From: an uncultured archaeon
GTDB lineage: Archaea > Iainarchaeota > Iainarchaeia > Iainarchaeales > CSSED10-239
DNA: 32,000 bases
Assembly (NCBI GenBank): GCA_964496765.1
Contig: CAZCAP010000006.1
Span: forward strand, 1-32,000
Reading direction: 5' to 3'
How positions within the stretch are numbered: the first letter of the stretch is position 1; every line of letters starts with the position of its first letter. The translations under genes and the position numbers were made by a program. Shown in pieces: positions 18,631-27,212 of this stretch. The notes under the pieces were generated by a model, which saw nothing but the letters and a program-made list of their open reading frames with translations, made no database searches and was not told where the DNA came from.

Positions 18631-19140
18631 TTAATTTTTTAAAACAATAATATTTGTCATTCCTCTTCTTTTTCTTTCAATCAATTCTTTGAATTCAAGC
18701 TTATCAAGAATTCTGCTGATCTTAACCTTTGTAAAACCAGTTTTTGAAAGTAGATCTGATTGATAAATTGAACCCTTATTTGCAATAATTTTTTCAAGAA
18801 CCAGTTTTTCATCAATTGCAAGCTCAGAAAGTATTTTTGTATAATCCATTTTGGGTGTTTTGTTTGATTTTTTTTCTTTTATTCTTTTGATTTCCACTTT
18901 GGTTATTATCTTTTCCTCCCACCCAAAGAAAATCAGATAAATTCCAATCAGAATAACAATGATCATAATTCCTATACTAATGTTTGTTTGAAAATTAATT
19001 GTATCCCACATGGTACAACTAGAACCATGTGTACAGGAGTCAGTGACAATATCAGTCATTGCGTTATTGAATAAATAAATTATTCCTCCAATTAATAGCG
19101 CAATAATTATTATTAAAATTCCTACAACTCTGTTTTTCAT
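18631..19140 (-). CDS. Membrane-tethered wHTH transcriptional regulator (MarR/ArsR-like C-terminal HTH)
   Basis: Two N-terminal TM segments; C-terminal LAIDEKLVLEKIIANKGSIYQSDLLSKTGFTKVKISRILDKLEFKELIERKRRGMTNIIVL. Confidence 0.75.
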   Translation of the reverse strand: MKNRVVGILIIIIALLIGGIIYLFNNAMTDIVTDSCTHGSSCTMWDTINFQTNISIGIMIIVILIGIYLIFFGWEEKIITKVEIKRIKEKKSNKTPKMDYTKILSELAIDEKLVLEKIIANKGSIYQSDLLSKTGFTKVKISRILDKLEFKELIERKRRGMTNIIVLKN

Positions 19141-19162
19141 AAATATTCTTTACTCCTAAAAT

Positions 19163-22021
19163 CTATTCAACAAGTATTCCTGGTCTTCCAGGACTTGCAA
19201 CTCTTGCTTTTGGATTATCAAAATCCTCTGCTTTCTTAATTGAAATATCACAATTAAATATATTTTCAAGGAAACCTTCTATATCCTTATAGAAAGCAAA
19301 TTCCTCTTTTTGGGTTGTAATTACATCAGTAACTGGATTCTTCATTAACCTAGTTATTGTTTTTGAAATATCCTCTTTATGCTCCTCATAGCGGGAGATG
19401 AAAAGGGACACTAACTGTCCAACATTCTTTGTTGTTTTTAATTCCTCAATTAATTCTTTATAAAATTTATATTTCCAGTCATCGGAAACAAATAGGGTAA
19501 CTTTACTCACTTTTTCAAGATTAGCCATTTTAATTACTGTTCTAATTTCACCAGCTAGATCATCAATCTTCTTCTCTGCTTCAACTAAACCAAAATCAAT
19601 CTTTATCTCATCAATCTCAGGAAAATGAGAACTAATCACAAGATCATCATAGCCAAGTAAACTATTTAGTTCTTCAGCCATGTGCGGAGTAAACAAACCC
19701 ATTGTTTTTATCCATTTATGTAATATTTTCTTGAATATGTTTTTATTATTTCCTCCTCTTCTCTGATACCAAACTAAATCATTATAAAAATTAAAATAAA
19801 TTTCATCGGTTGCAACCTTAAACTCAATCTTTTCCATTGCCTGGGTAATGGTGTTTAATCTTATATTGAAAATAGATTCCAACCACAAATCAAGTTTGTC
19901 CTCTTTCTTATCCATTAGATCCTTATTTTCTAATATGGACTCAACAAAACCAAATATTTTTTCAAGTCTTGTTTTATAAATTAATAGATCATCCTCTTCA
20001 AAGGATATGTTAGAAAAAGGAGATGCTACATTTGCATAGAATAGTCTGATTGCATCAATTGAATATTTCTTTGCTTCTCTTCCAATTGATCCAACTCCAC
20101 CTTTTGATTTAGATATCTTTCCTGTTTTTGAAACAACCCACCAATTAACAAATATTCCCTGTGGGTAATATTTTTCTGGTAGAAGAGCAACGTGATTCAT
20201 TAGAAAAGTTGGGAAATGAACTGTTTGATGCTCCTGTCCTCCTAGATTAATATCAAGTGGGTACCAATAATCAACATCTTTTCTTATTTTTTCTAGAAGT
20301 TCTATTGAAACTCCTGTATCTTTAGAAATTTTATTTATATCTCCTTTTTCAATGAAAACAAAATCAAAGAATTCTTCTGTTAATTGTTCAACCTTAAGTT
20401 CTCCCCTATTTACATATAATGAAACTAAATAATAGATAGGATACAATGTGCTATCTGATATTGGCTCAATCACATAGCTGTCATCAAATGGTAATTTAGT
20501 TCCGAGCCATCTTCCTTGACGAGCACAAGCCCTATCATCAAACCAATTTAAAATGTTTGAAAGGTTATGCTTAAACTGCTCAGGAAGAATGTTCATTTCT
20601 TTTGTGTGATTAAGTGTTTTCTTTGTTAATTCCTCATCAGAATATTTAATAAACCATTGATCAACAATTCTTTTAATTATAACTTGCTCTCCGCATCTAC
20701 AGAGAACTTCTTCAGATAAGTCATAAAACAAATAGGCTTGATTATTTTTAATTAATTCATCTTTAATTTTATCTTTTACGGCCTCAACTTTTTGATTAGC
20801 AAACTCTTCACAATTGTCTTTCATAATTCCTGTATGAAAACCGATCTTATAAATTTCTTTTTTTGCTTCCTCAAGCTTTTCTTCATCCTTTTGGGATCTA
20901 ATGTTTAATCTTTCACAAATTTCCTTTGCTGGATAGTCCCCATACCCTTTAGATTTAATAATTGAGATTAATTTTATGTTTTTAATATCTGAATAATTAA
21001 GCCCATATTTCTTACACTCAAGTTCAGACGTTTGTAAATCATAGAGCCCCATATAATCAGAGGGTGCATCAGATGGAACGCTTGTAACAATTCCAGTTCC
21101 AATCTTTGGATCACAAAAACTTGATGGAAGAATAATTATATCTCTATTTATTTTTGGGGAGGTTACATATTTACCTACTAGTTCCTTTCCTTTTACTGTT
21201 CCAATGATTTTTGTATCATCTTTTTGATATTTTAGTTTTTCTGCAAACTCCTGTGAACCAATCCAAACTTCATTTCCCACTTGGATTTTAACATAATCAT
21301 TATAATAATCAAGCCATATGTTTGTTTGACCAAAAATGGTTTCTGGTCTTAGAGTAGCAACAACAATAAACTGATTATCCTTTTCAAATTTTAATTTAAG
21401 AAGAGTGTATTCATTTTTTTCTGCAGTTCCACCTTTAGATAGATCCATTTCTGATGGATCAACAGCAACTGGCCCACACTTAACACAGGCAGTTGCAAAA
21501 TATGGTTTTTGAATTAATAGCTTTTGCTCATTAAGTTTTTTAAATTGCCATTCAATAAATTTATTATAATCTGGATAGGTGGTTACAGTAAATCTTCTAT
21601 CATCCACAATGAAACCATAATCTTTATAGTCTTGTATATATTTTTCTGAGAAATAGGAAACAAATCCTTCGGGAGTTGAAATTTTTTTAAGATCATTGTC
21701 ACTAAGGCCTCTATCCCTATAGTATTCAATGGCTTCTTGATCTCCTTCCTTTACCTTTTGTGCTTTAGCAACAGCACCATTTCCTGATGCGTGTCCACCA
21801 GCAGGCATAAGAACATTGTATCCTCTCATTCTTTTGTATCTTGAGATTGCATCAGCATAGGAATATCCTCTCATATGTCCAACATGTTGGAATCCAGAAA
21901 CAGTTAGATAAGCCCAGATAATGAAATACTTAGGTTTATTTATATCTATTTCTGAGCAATTAACTTTAGATTCTTCCCAGGTTTTTTGCCATTTTTTTTC
22001 AAAATCTTTGTAGTTGTACAT
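19163..22021 (-). CDS. leuS: Leucyl-tRNA synthetase, archaeal/eukaryotic-type
   Basis: HVGHMRGYSYADAISRYKRMRGYNVLMP (HIGH-type motif), editing-domain TLRPETIFGQTNIWL, KISKSKGG (KMSKS-type). Start assigned at MYNYKDFEKKWQ. Confidence 0.92.
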   Translation of the reverse strand: MYNYKDFEKKWQKTWEESKVNCSEIDINKPKYFIIWAYLTVSGFQHVGHMRGYSYADAISRYKRMRGYNVLMPAGGHASGNGAVAKAQKVKEGDQEAIEYYRDRGLSDNDLKKISTPEGFVSYFSEKYIQDYKDYGFIVDDRRFTVTTYPDYNKFIEWQFKKLNEQKLLIQKPYFATACVKCGPVAVDPSEMDLSKGGTAEKNEYTLLKLKFEKDNQFIVVATLRPETIFGQTNIWLDYYNDYVKIQVGNEVWIGSQEFAEKLKYQKDDTKIIGTVKGKELVGKYVTSPKINRDIIILPSSFCDPKIGTGIVTSVPSDAPSDYMGLYDLQTSELECKKYGLNYSDIKNIKLISIIKSKGYGDYPAKEICERLNIRSQKDEEKLEEAKKEIYKIGFHTGIMKDNCEEFANQKVEAVKDKIKDELIKNNQAYLFYDLSEEVLCRCGEQVIIKRIVDQWFIKYSDEELTKKTLNHTKEMNILPEQFKHNLSNILNWFDDRACARQGRWLGTKLPFDDSYVIEPISDSTLYPIYYLVSLYVNRGELKVEQLTEEFFDFVFIEKGDINKISKDTGVSIELLEKIRKDVDYWYPLDINLGGQEHQTVHFPTFLMNHVALLPEKYYPQGIFVNWWVVSKTGKISKSKGGVGSIGREAKKYSIDAIRLFYANVASPFSNISFEEDDLLIYKTRLEKIFGFVESILENKDLMDKKEDKLDLWLESIFNIRLNTITQAMEKIEFKVATDEIYFNFYNDLVWYQRRGGNNKNIFKKILHKWIKTMGLFTPHMAEELNSLLGYDDLVISSHFPEIDEIKIDFGLVEAEKKIDDLAGEIRTVIKMANLEKVSKVTLFVSDDWKYKFYKELIEELKTTKNVGQLVSLFISRYEEHKEDISKTITRLMKNPVTDVITTQKEEFAFYKDIEGFLENIFNCDISIKKAEDFDNPKARVASPGRPGILVE

Positions 22022-22119
22022 AAAATCACAAATATTTATAATAGATACATTATATTTTATGTTAAAATACATATAAAAATAGTATTGTATCCTAAAAAAA
22101 TGAGAAATTGAATATTAAG

Positions 22120-22191
22120 CGCCCTGGGCGAGAGTCGGACTCGCCCCGCAACCTTGACAGGGTCGCATCCTAACCGATAGACTACCAGGGC
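22120..22191 (-). tRNA. tRNA-Asp (GTC)
   Basis: Reverse complement: acceptor GCCCTGG/CCAGGGC, anticodon arm CGACC-CTGTCAA-GGTTG with anticodon GTC, T arm GCGAG-TCCGACT-CTCGC; no intron, no encoded CCA. Confidence 0.95.
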
Positions 22192-22256
22192 ACATATTCC
22201 CTTTTTATAAAAAAGAGTTTATTTACTTATATAATTAACCACAAAAACATTTATAT

Positions 22257-22856
22257 TTATATCTTGACCTTCTTTTTCAAATAAATCCAACCAATTACTA
22301 GAACAATTACAAAGATTAATATAAGTAATATTAGGTTATAAGATTTCACTATTGTTTCAGATACCTGCTCACCAATAAAATATCCAAGACTTGTTAAAAA
22401 TAAACACCAGATACCTGCTCCTAGACCAGTATATAAAATAAATTTCTTTAGATCCATTTTTGCAAACCCAGCAGGAAGAGAAATGTATTGTCTAACCAGA
22501 GGAATTAGTCTACCAATAAATGTGGTTTTCCCTCCATGTTTTATAAAATAATCATCAATCTTCAGAAGAGATTCTTTCTTTATAAAAAACATTTTGGAAT
22601 GAGATAGTAAATATTCTCTTCCAAAGTATCTTGCAATAGTATAATTGATTCCTGCTCCTAGAAGAGAACCAGCTATTGCAATTATTATAATTATCCAAAA
22701 ATTAAATTGCCCTGTTGATGCTAGGTACCCAGCAGGAATTAATATAACCTCCGAAGGAAAAGGAATAAATGAACTTTCCAGGGTCATTAATAGGAAAACA
22801 CCAAAGTAGCCTAAAGTAAACATCAAAGTGTTTAATGATAATAAAATAAAATCCAT
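22257..22856 (-). CDS. DedA/SNARE-associated family membrane protein
   Basis: ESSFIPFPSEVILIPAGYLASTG, GSLLGAGINYTIARYFGREYL, HGGKTTFIGRLIPLVRQYISLPAGFAKMDLKKF. Confidence 0.92.
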   Translation of the reverse strand: MDFILLSLNTLMFTLGYFGVFLLMTLESSFIPFPSEVILIPAGYLASTGQFNFWIIIIIAIAGSLLGAGINYTIARYFGREYLLSHSKMFFIKKESLLKIDDYFIKHGGKTTFIGRLIPLVRQYISLPAGFAKMDLKKFILYTGLGAGIWCLFLTSLGYFIGEQVSETIVKSYNLILLILIFVIVLVIGWIYLKKKVKI

Positions 22857-22889
22857 AATCTATCTTTTTTTGTTTAATAGTTTTGCTTA

Positions 22890-23567
22890 TTAAATTAACA
22901 TAGATAAGAAAAAGATTAAAAGGCTTACGGGAAGGAGAATTAATAAATAAATGATTGCTTTTTTCCTATTATCCTCTAAAATGGATAAATATATTGAAGA
23001 AATTATAATATATTCAACAATATAGATGATTACACAATAATAGGTAATGGAATATAAAGAAATACCAACTGTTTCACTAATCTCAGGAACAGATGTTTTT
23101 AAGCTCTTAATTAGAGAGATTACAATTCCAAGTATACCAGGAACAATCAAACTACTAGAGAAGAGAATGGTGTACTTCTGCATAAGAAGATTTGAGTTTC
23201 GTTCATCAAGAACCTGCTTGGTTTTAATAAAATTATCAGCAACAGACTTATAGTCAGAAAAGGAAATGGTTCCACTTGTTGTAGATAAATAGATTAAATC
23301 TAGGAATCTATTTAGTATCTCTGAATTATATTTCCTTTTTAAAATATCAAACAACTCTTTAGGTTTGTGGCCTTTATTTATTTTTAATAGAATATCTGTA
23401 AAGTTTCTAGAAATTATTTTATTTCTTGATTTAGAGAGTTTTTCAAGAATTATTTTTAAATCATTACTCTTGGGAATGGAAGAAAGCTTAAGTATTTCAT
23501 CAACCAATGCATTTTCTAATTTTCTTCTCTCAAGAGAAAAATAATATTTTTCAAATAAATTAAACAT
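22890..23567 (-). CDS. Type II secretion F / FlaJ-TadC-like membrane protein (second half)
   Basis: Cytoplasmic helical region followed by TM segments, beside a TadC/FlaJ-like ORF and a secretion ATPase. Confidence 0.55.
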   Translation of the reverse strand: MFNLFEKYYFSLERRKLENALVDEILKLSSIPKSNDLKIILEKLSKSRNKIISRNFTDILLKINKGHKPKELFDILKRKYNSEILNRFLDLIYLSTTSGTISFSDYKSVADNFIKTKQVLDERNSNLLMQKYTILFSSSLIVPGILGIVISLIKSLKTSVPEISETVGISLYSITYYCVIIYIVEYIIISSIYLSILEDNRKKAIIYLLILLPVSLLIFFLSMLI

Positions 23568-23585
23568 ATTTATTTATTTCACTTC

Positions 23586-24329
23586 CTATAGAGGATTATT
23601 GGATCTTATTACTAATAGCAGCAACATATCAATTAACGGGAAAAGTACGATTGTAATAAACACAATTGTAATTGGAGAAAAACTAAGTTCGAGAAAATTA
23701 CTTCCCACCAATAAAAACATTAGAAACATGGATGGAATGATTGCTGAAAAAACAATAAACAATAATGTTAATAAATTTAATTTAGTTGAGAATCTCCTAA
23801 CCATTTGGGTTTGATTTTCAAAAATGGTGTCAGATAATGTTTTTAGAGAATACTCCTTATTCCTGACTCCTGAATCCATAATATCTTCAATTTGATAAAA
23901 AACTCTTTCAAGTTCAGGATAACTTGAGGACACTGAAAACAAGGCATCCTGTAAATTAAAACCATGATTTCTAACCAAATACAAAGCTTCTCCAATCAAT
24001 CTCCCAATCTCACTATTATCACACCTTGATTCAAGCGCAATCTTGAGCGGAATATTCTTTGAAAGATCAGTTGCTAAATTATTTAAAAAGAAGGGAAGTT
24101 CCTGTTGTATTTTTTTTCTTCTGGTTTCTAAAACTATTTTTTTATTAAAAAAAGTTATTGAAAAGAAAATTATAAATGAAAGAATAAATATATAAATTAA
24201 ATTATTAAATGATAATTCAAATAAACTATAATCCACAAGCTTGTATATAAGAAACAACGAAAGAAAGAGAACACAATAGAGAATTAAGTTCTTTCTTGAA
24301 AAAATCTCTTCAATAATCTTTGGCATCAT
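23586..24329 (-). CDS. Type II secretion F / FlaJ-TadC-like membrane protein (first half)
   Basis: KKIQQELPFFLNNLATDLSKNIPLKIALE...IGEALYLVRNHGFNLQDALFSVSSSYP...LERVFYQIEDIMDSG pattern of T2SF domains. Start overlaps the stop of the upstream ATPase (24326-24329). Confidence 0.72.
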   Translation of the reverse strand: MMPKIIEEIFSRKNLILYCVLFLSLFLIYKLVDYSLFELSFNNLIYIFILSFIIFFSITFFNKKIVLETRRKKIQQELPFFLNNLATDLSKNIPLKIALESRCDNSEIGRLIGEALYLVRNHGFNLQDALFSVSSSYPELERVFYQIEDIMDSGVRNKEYSLKTLSDTIFENQTQMVRRFSTKLNLLTLLFIVFSAIIPSMFLMFLLVGSNFLELSFSPITIVFITIVLFPLIDMLLLLVIRSNNPL

Positions 24330-26206
24330 TTACGTTTATCTCCCTTAGCACTCATGGTTTGAATGAAAAATGAAAGAACATCCTCTGGGGAGGGGGTGGT
24401 GGTTTTGGAAGCACACTTGTCCAAGAAATATAGCAAGCTTTTATTTTGTTTTTTAAATAGTTTATTTAATTCCAGTTGATTTTTAACTCCAAAAGCAATT
24501 CTAAATTTATCAAACAATTTTTTGGAAGTTCCAACCTTTACAAGCTTATCTTTATTTATATCAAATTCAAATAATCTATTTAATACAGGCTTATTATTTT
24601 CAAAGATAACTTCACAAATCTCAGTTACATTTCTTAGATCTGATACCTTACCTTTATTATATTTATTATATCTTCTTTGAACAATAATTAAATCAATAAC
24701 TCCTAAATCATTCTCAATAACACCATAGGAAACTAATCTTAAAAGTGCTTCCTTTGCACTTTGAGAATGGAAAGTGGTATAGGTTCCCTTTGCTTGCCCA
24801 CAGAGCATAGAATCAATTATCGCTTTTGATTCATCCCTTGATCTCACTTCTCCAATAACAACCCTATCGGGTCTCATCCTAAGTGTATTAATAACTAGAG
24901 AATCAAGAGTAACTCCCAAATCAGGATTAACAAGAGTAAATATCTTGTGCTCATGGGGTATGTTTATTTCTCTAACCTCTTCAACCACAACAAACCTTTC
25001 ATCAGGTGGAATAAAAGAAAGAAGAGCATTAAGAGTTGTGGTCTTCCCAGAACCTGTATTCCCAACAACAAACACATTTGAATCAGTTAAAAAAGCCAGA
25101 GATAAAAATGAAAGCGCATCAATGGACAACGTGTTTCTTTTAATTAAATCAATAATAGTAAATGGCTTTTCTGAGAATTTTCTAATTGTAACACACACAC
25201 TTTCAGTAATTGGTGAAATTATTGCATTCATTCTAGACGCACCAATGGTTGCATCCAAAAGTGGATTCTTCAAAGTTATATACTTATTGGTTTCCCAGGA
25301 TAATTTATTAATTAAATCTTTAATTATTTTAGAAGACGTATATACTAAGTTTGTTTCAAGCCACCCAAAGATTCTATGATACACAAAGACTGGTTTGTTT
25401 TCTCCAATTATTGAGATTTCTTCTAGACTATCATCCACAAGTAGGTTTGATAGAGGCCCATAGTCATAGAGATTACCATAGGCAATCAAAAGAATATAAT
25501 TGAATTGATCAGATTCCAGTTCTATCTTTTCTCTAAGGCAATAATTAACTAGTGTTTCTTCAAGTTCGTTTTTTACAATTCCTGGTAGTTTATCAGGAGT
25601 ATTTATTCTAACCTGTTTTTCATTATCATCTTTAATATCAAACCTATCCCTGTATTCATCTATAACAAAATTAATTATTTCAATCTCATCAATTGAGAGA
25701 ATGGATTCCTCAATAAAATAATATTTTTTATTTGAATCATCTATATATACGTTTTTAGAAAGGTTTTTTTTATTAAACTCAAATATTCTATAGCCTAGAT
25801 ATTTATTAATTATTTCTAACTCATCACTTTCACTAGTGTCATTAACCAGTTCTAAAATATCTGGATTGTTTTTTAAACAATATCTATTAAATGATTGTTG
25901 AGAACATAGATCACACTTATATGCTTTATTCTTTTTAACTACAATTGCATTGTGTGGGCAAACAGCAATACATTCTAAACATCCAGTACATCTTTCTGGA
26001 TCAATAGATACAACCCCCTTTGCAGAGAAGTAGATTGCATTTGTTTTGCAGGCACCTAAACAGGGAGCATCTTCACAATTCTTACAATTAAATACAATTA
26101 GAGCATCTCTTACTTTAAATTCATAGGGGCAATTAAGAAATAGGTTTTTATTTTTTCTCGTAGATAGTACTTTAGCTTTGTCTTCATCTTTAAATTTAAT
26201 ATACAT
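24326..26206 (-). CDS. Type IV pilus/archaellum/Tad-type secretion ATPase with N-terminal ferredoxin-like 4Fe-4S domain
   Basis: N-terminus NCKNCEDAPCLGAC, RCTGCLECIAVCP, YKCDLC...YC (HydN/DmsB-like pattern). C-terminal VVGNTGSGKTTTLNALL (Walker A), RFVVVEEVREI, LRMRPDRVVIGEVRSRDE, GTYTTFHSQSAKEALLRL. Confidence 0.92.
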   Translation of the reverse strand: MYIKFKDEDKAKVLSTRKNKNLFLNCPYEFKVRDALIVFNCKNCEDAPCLGACKTNAIYFSAKGVVSIDPERCTGCLECIAVCPHNAIVVKKNKAYKCDLCSQQSFNRYCLKNNPDILELVNDTSESDELEIINKYLGYRIFEFNKKNLSKNVYIDDSNKKYYFIEESILSIDEIEIINFVIDEYRDRFDIKDDNEKQVRINTPDKLPGIVKNELEETLVNYCLREKIELESDQFNYILLIAYGNLYDYGPLSNLLVDDSLEEISIIGENKPVFVYHRIFGWLETNLVYTSSKIIKDLINKLSWETNKYITLKNPLLDATIGASRMNAIISPITESVCVTIRKFSEKPFTIIDLIKRNTLSIDALSFLSLAFLTDSNVFVVGNTGSGKTTTLNALLSFIPPDERFVVVEEVREINIPHEHKIFTLVNPDLGVTLDSLVINTLRMRPDRVVIGEVRSRDESKAIIDSMLCGQAKGTYTTFHSQSAKEALLRLVSYGVIENDLGVIDLIIVQRRYNKYNKGKVSDLRNVTEICEVIFENNKPVLNRLFEFDINKDKLVKVGTSKKLFDKFRIAFGVKNQLELNKLFKKQNKSLLYFLDKCASKTTTPSPEDVLSFFIQTMSAKGDKRK

Positions 26207-26356
26207 CTAGATAAATCACAGATATATTCATGAATAAAATTATTAATATTTGTATTCCTATAATTAAAAAATAATTAAACTCAAATAAAGATAAAACAAT
26301 CAAGGATAATTAATATCAAACACGTTTGCCATTGCATTATAGCTTGATTTAAATCT

Positions 26357-27094
26357 TTAATACAGTTCAGAAAAATTAGTTAACATGGTTGTGTTAAGTC
26401 TACCCTCAATTCCATTCATCGAATCAGATATACTTATATTAATATCATTAATCTGAGAATTAACATTATCAAATTGAGTAGTTACGTTATTGAATTCATT
26501 CATGATATTATTATCAATATAATTTTGCACATCATACACTCTTGCATCAACTGAGCTTATTCTTTCAGTTAGATTATTATCCAAATCATCTAATCTCTGC
26601 ACAAGTGCAACGTACTGTTCTCTCTGGGATCTTGAAACTTCAACAATTAAATTAAGTCCTGTTGAAACGTGGAATGAAGATGAAATTTGCAATACCCTTG
26701 GGGTTCCATTTCTAATTACTGTACACTTTACTGCTTCTTCATACACTCCTTCATATTCAGGAGTAATGAATGAAACATAATAGTTCCCAGGAACTGTGGT
26801 TGGACCCATTTCCCTATCCACAAAGAAGAAAGATTTATCAGGGTATAGTAAGGATACAATACAATTTGCATCAGTTATTGATATTCCTTTGGCATCCTGT
26901 AGCCTAACAATAATCTGACCCTGTTCATTACTTATGTATTCAGTTCCAGATACCATCATAAGATCTGATGCTACTCCCCTTCCTTTAAAGTAAAATATAA
27001 GAAAGATGCCTATTGCAAGAAGAACAACTATACCTATTACTAGGTATATTCTTTTTCTATTTCTACTTTCATGCATATGCTGTCTAAACATCAT
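26357..27094 (-). CDS. Single-TM surface protein with Ig-like and coiled-coil regions
   Basis: TM IYLVIGIVVLLAIGIFLIFYF; beta-rich IIVRLQDAKGISITDANCIVSLLYPDKSFFFVD...PGNYYV...EGVYEEAVKCTV; C-terminal helical heptads. Confidence 0.7.
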   Translation of the reverse strand: MMFRQHMHESRNRKRIYLVIGIVVLLAIGIFLIFYFKGRGVASDLMMVSGTEYISNEQGQIIVRLQDAKGISITDANCIVSLLYPDKSFFFVDREMGPTTVPGNYYVSFITPEYEGVYEEAVKCTVIRNGTPRVLQISSSFHVSTGLNLIVEVSRSQREQYVALVQRLDDLDNNLTERISSVDARVYDVQNYIDNNIMNEFNNVTTQFDNVNSQINDINISISDSMNGIEGRLNTTMLTNFSELY

Positions 27095-27212
27095 ATTATT
27101 ATTTCAACTCAGAGATTATGACTATATTATATAGTTAATATATAAAAACAAAAAGTATAAAAAACCAGGGGATTTCAATTTATCCCCCTGATCTTCCATA
27201 AACCAAATTCAT

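Noticed and set aside
24945-25379. 144-aa + strand ORF opposite the ATPase gene
   Set aside because: Antisense to the Walker A region of a clearly coding ORF; no independent support.
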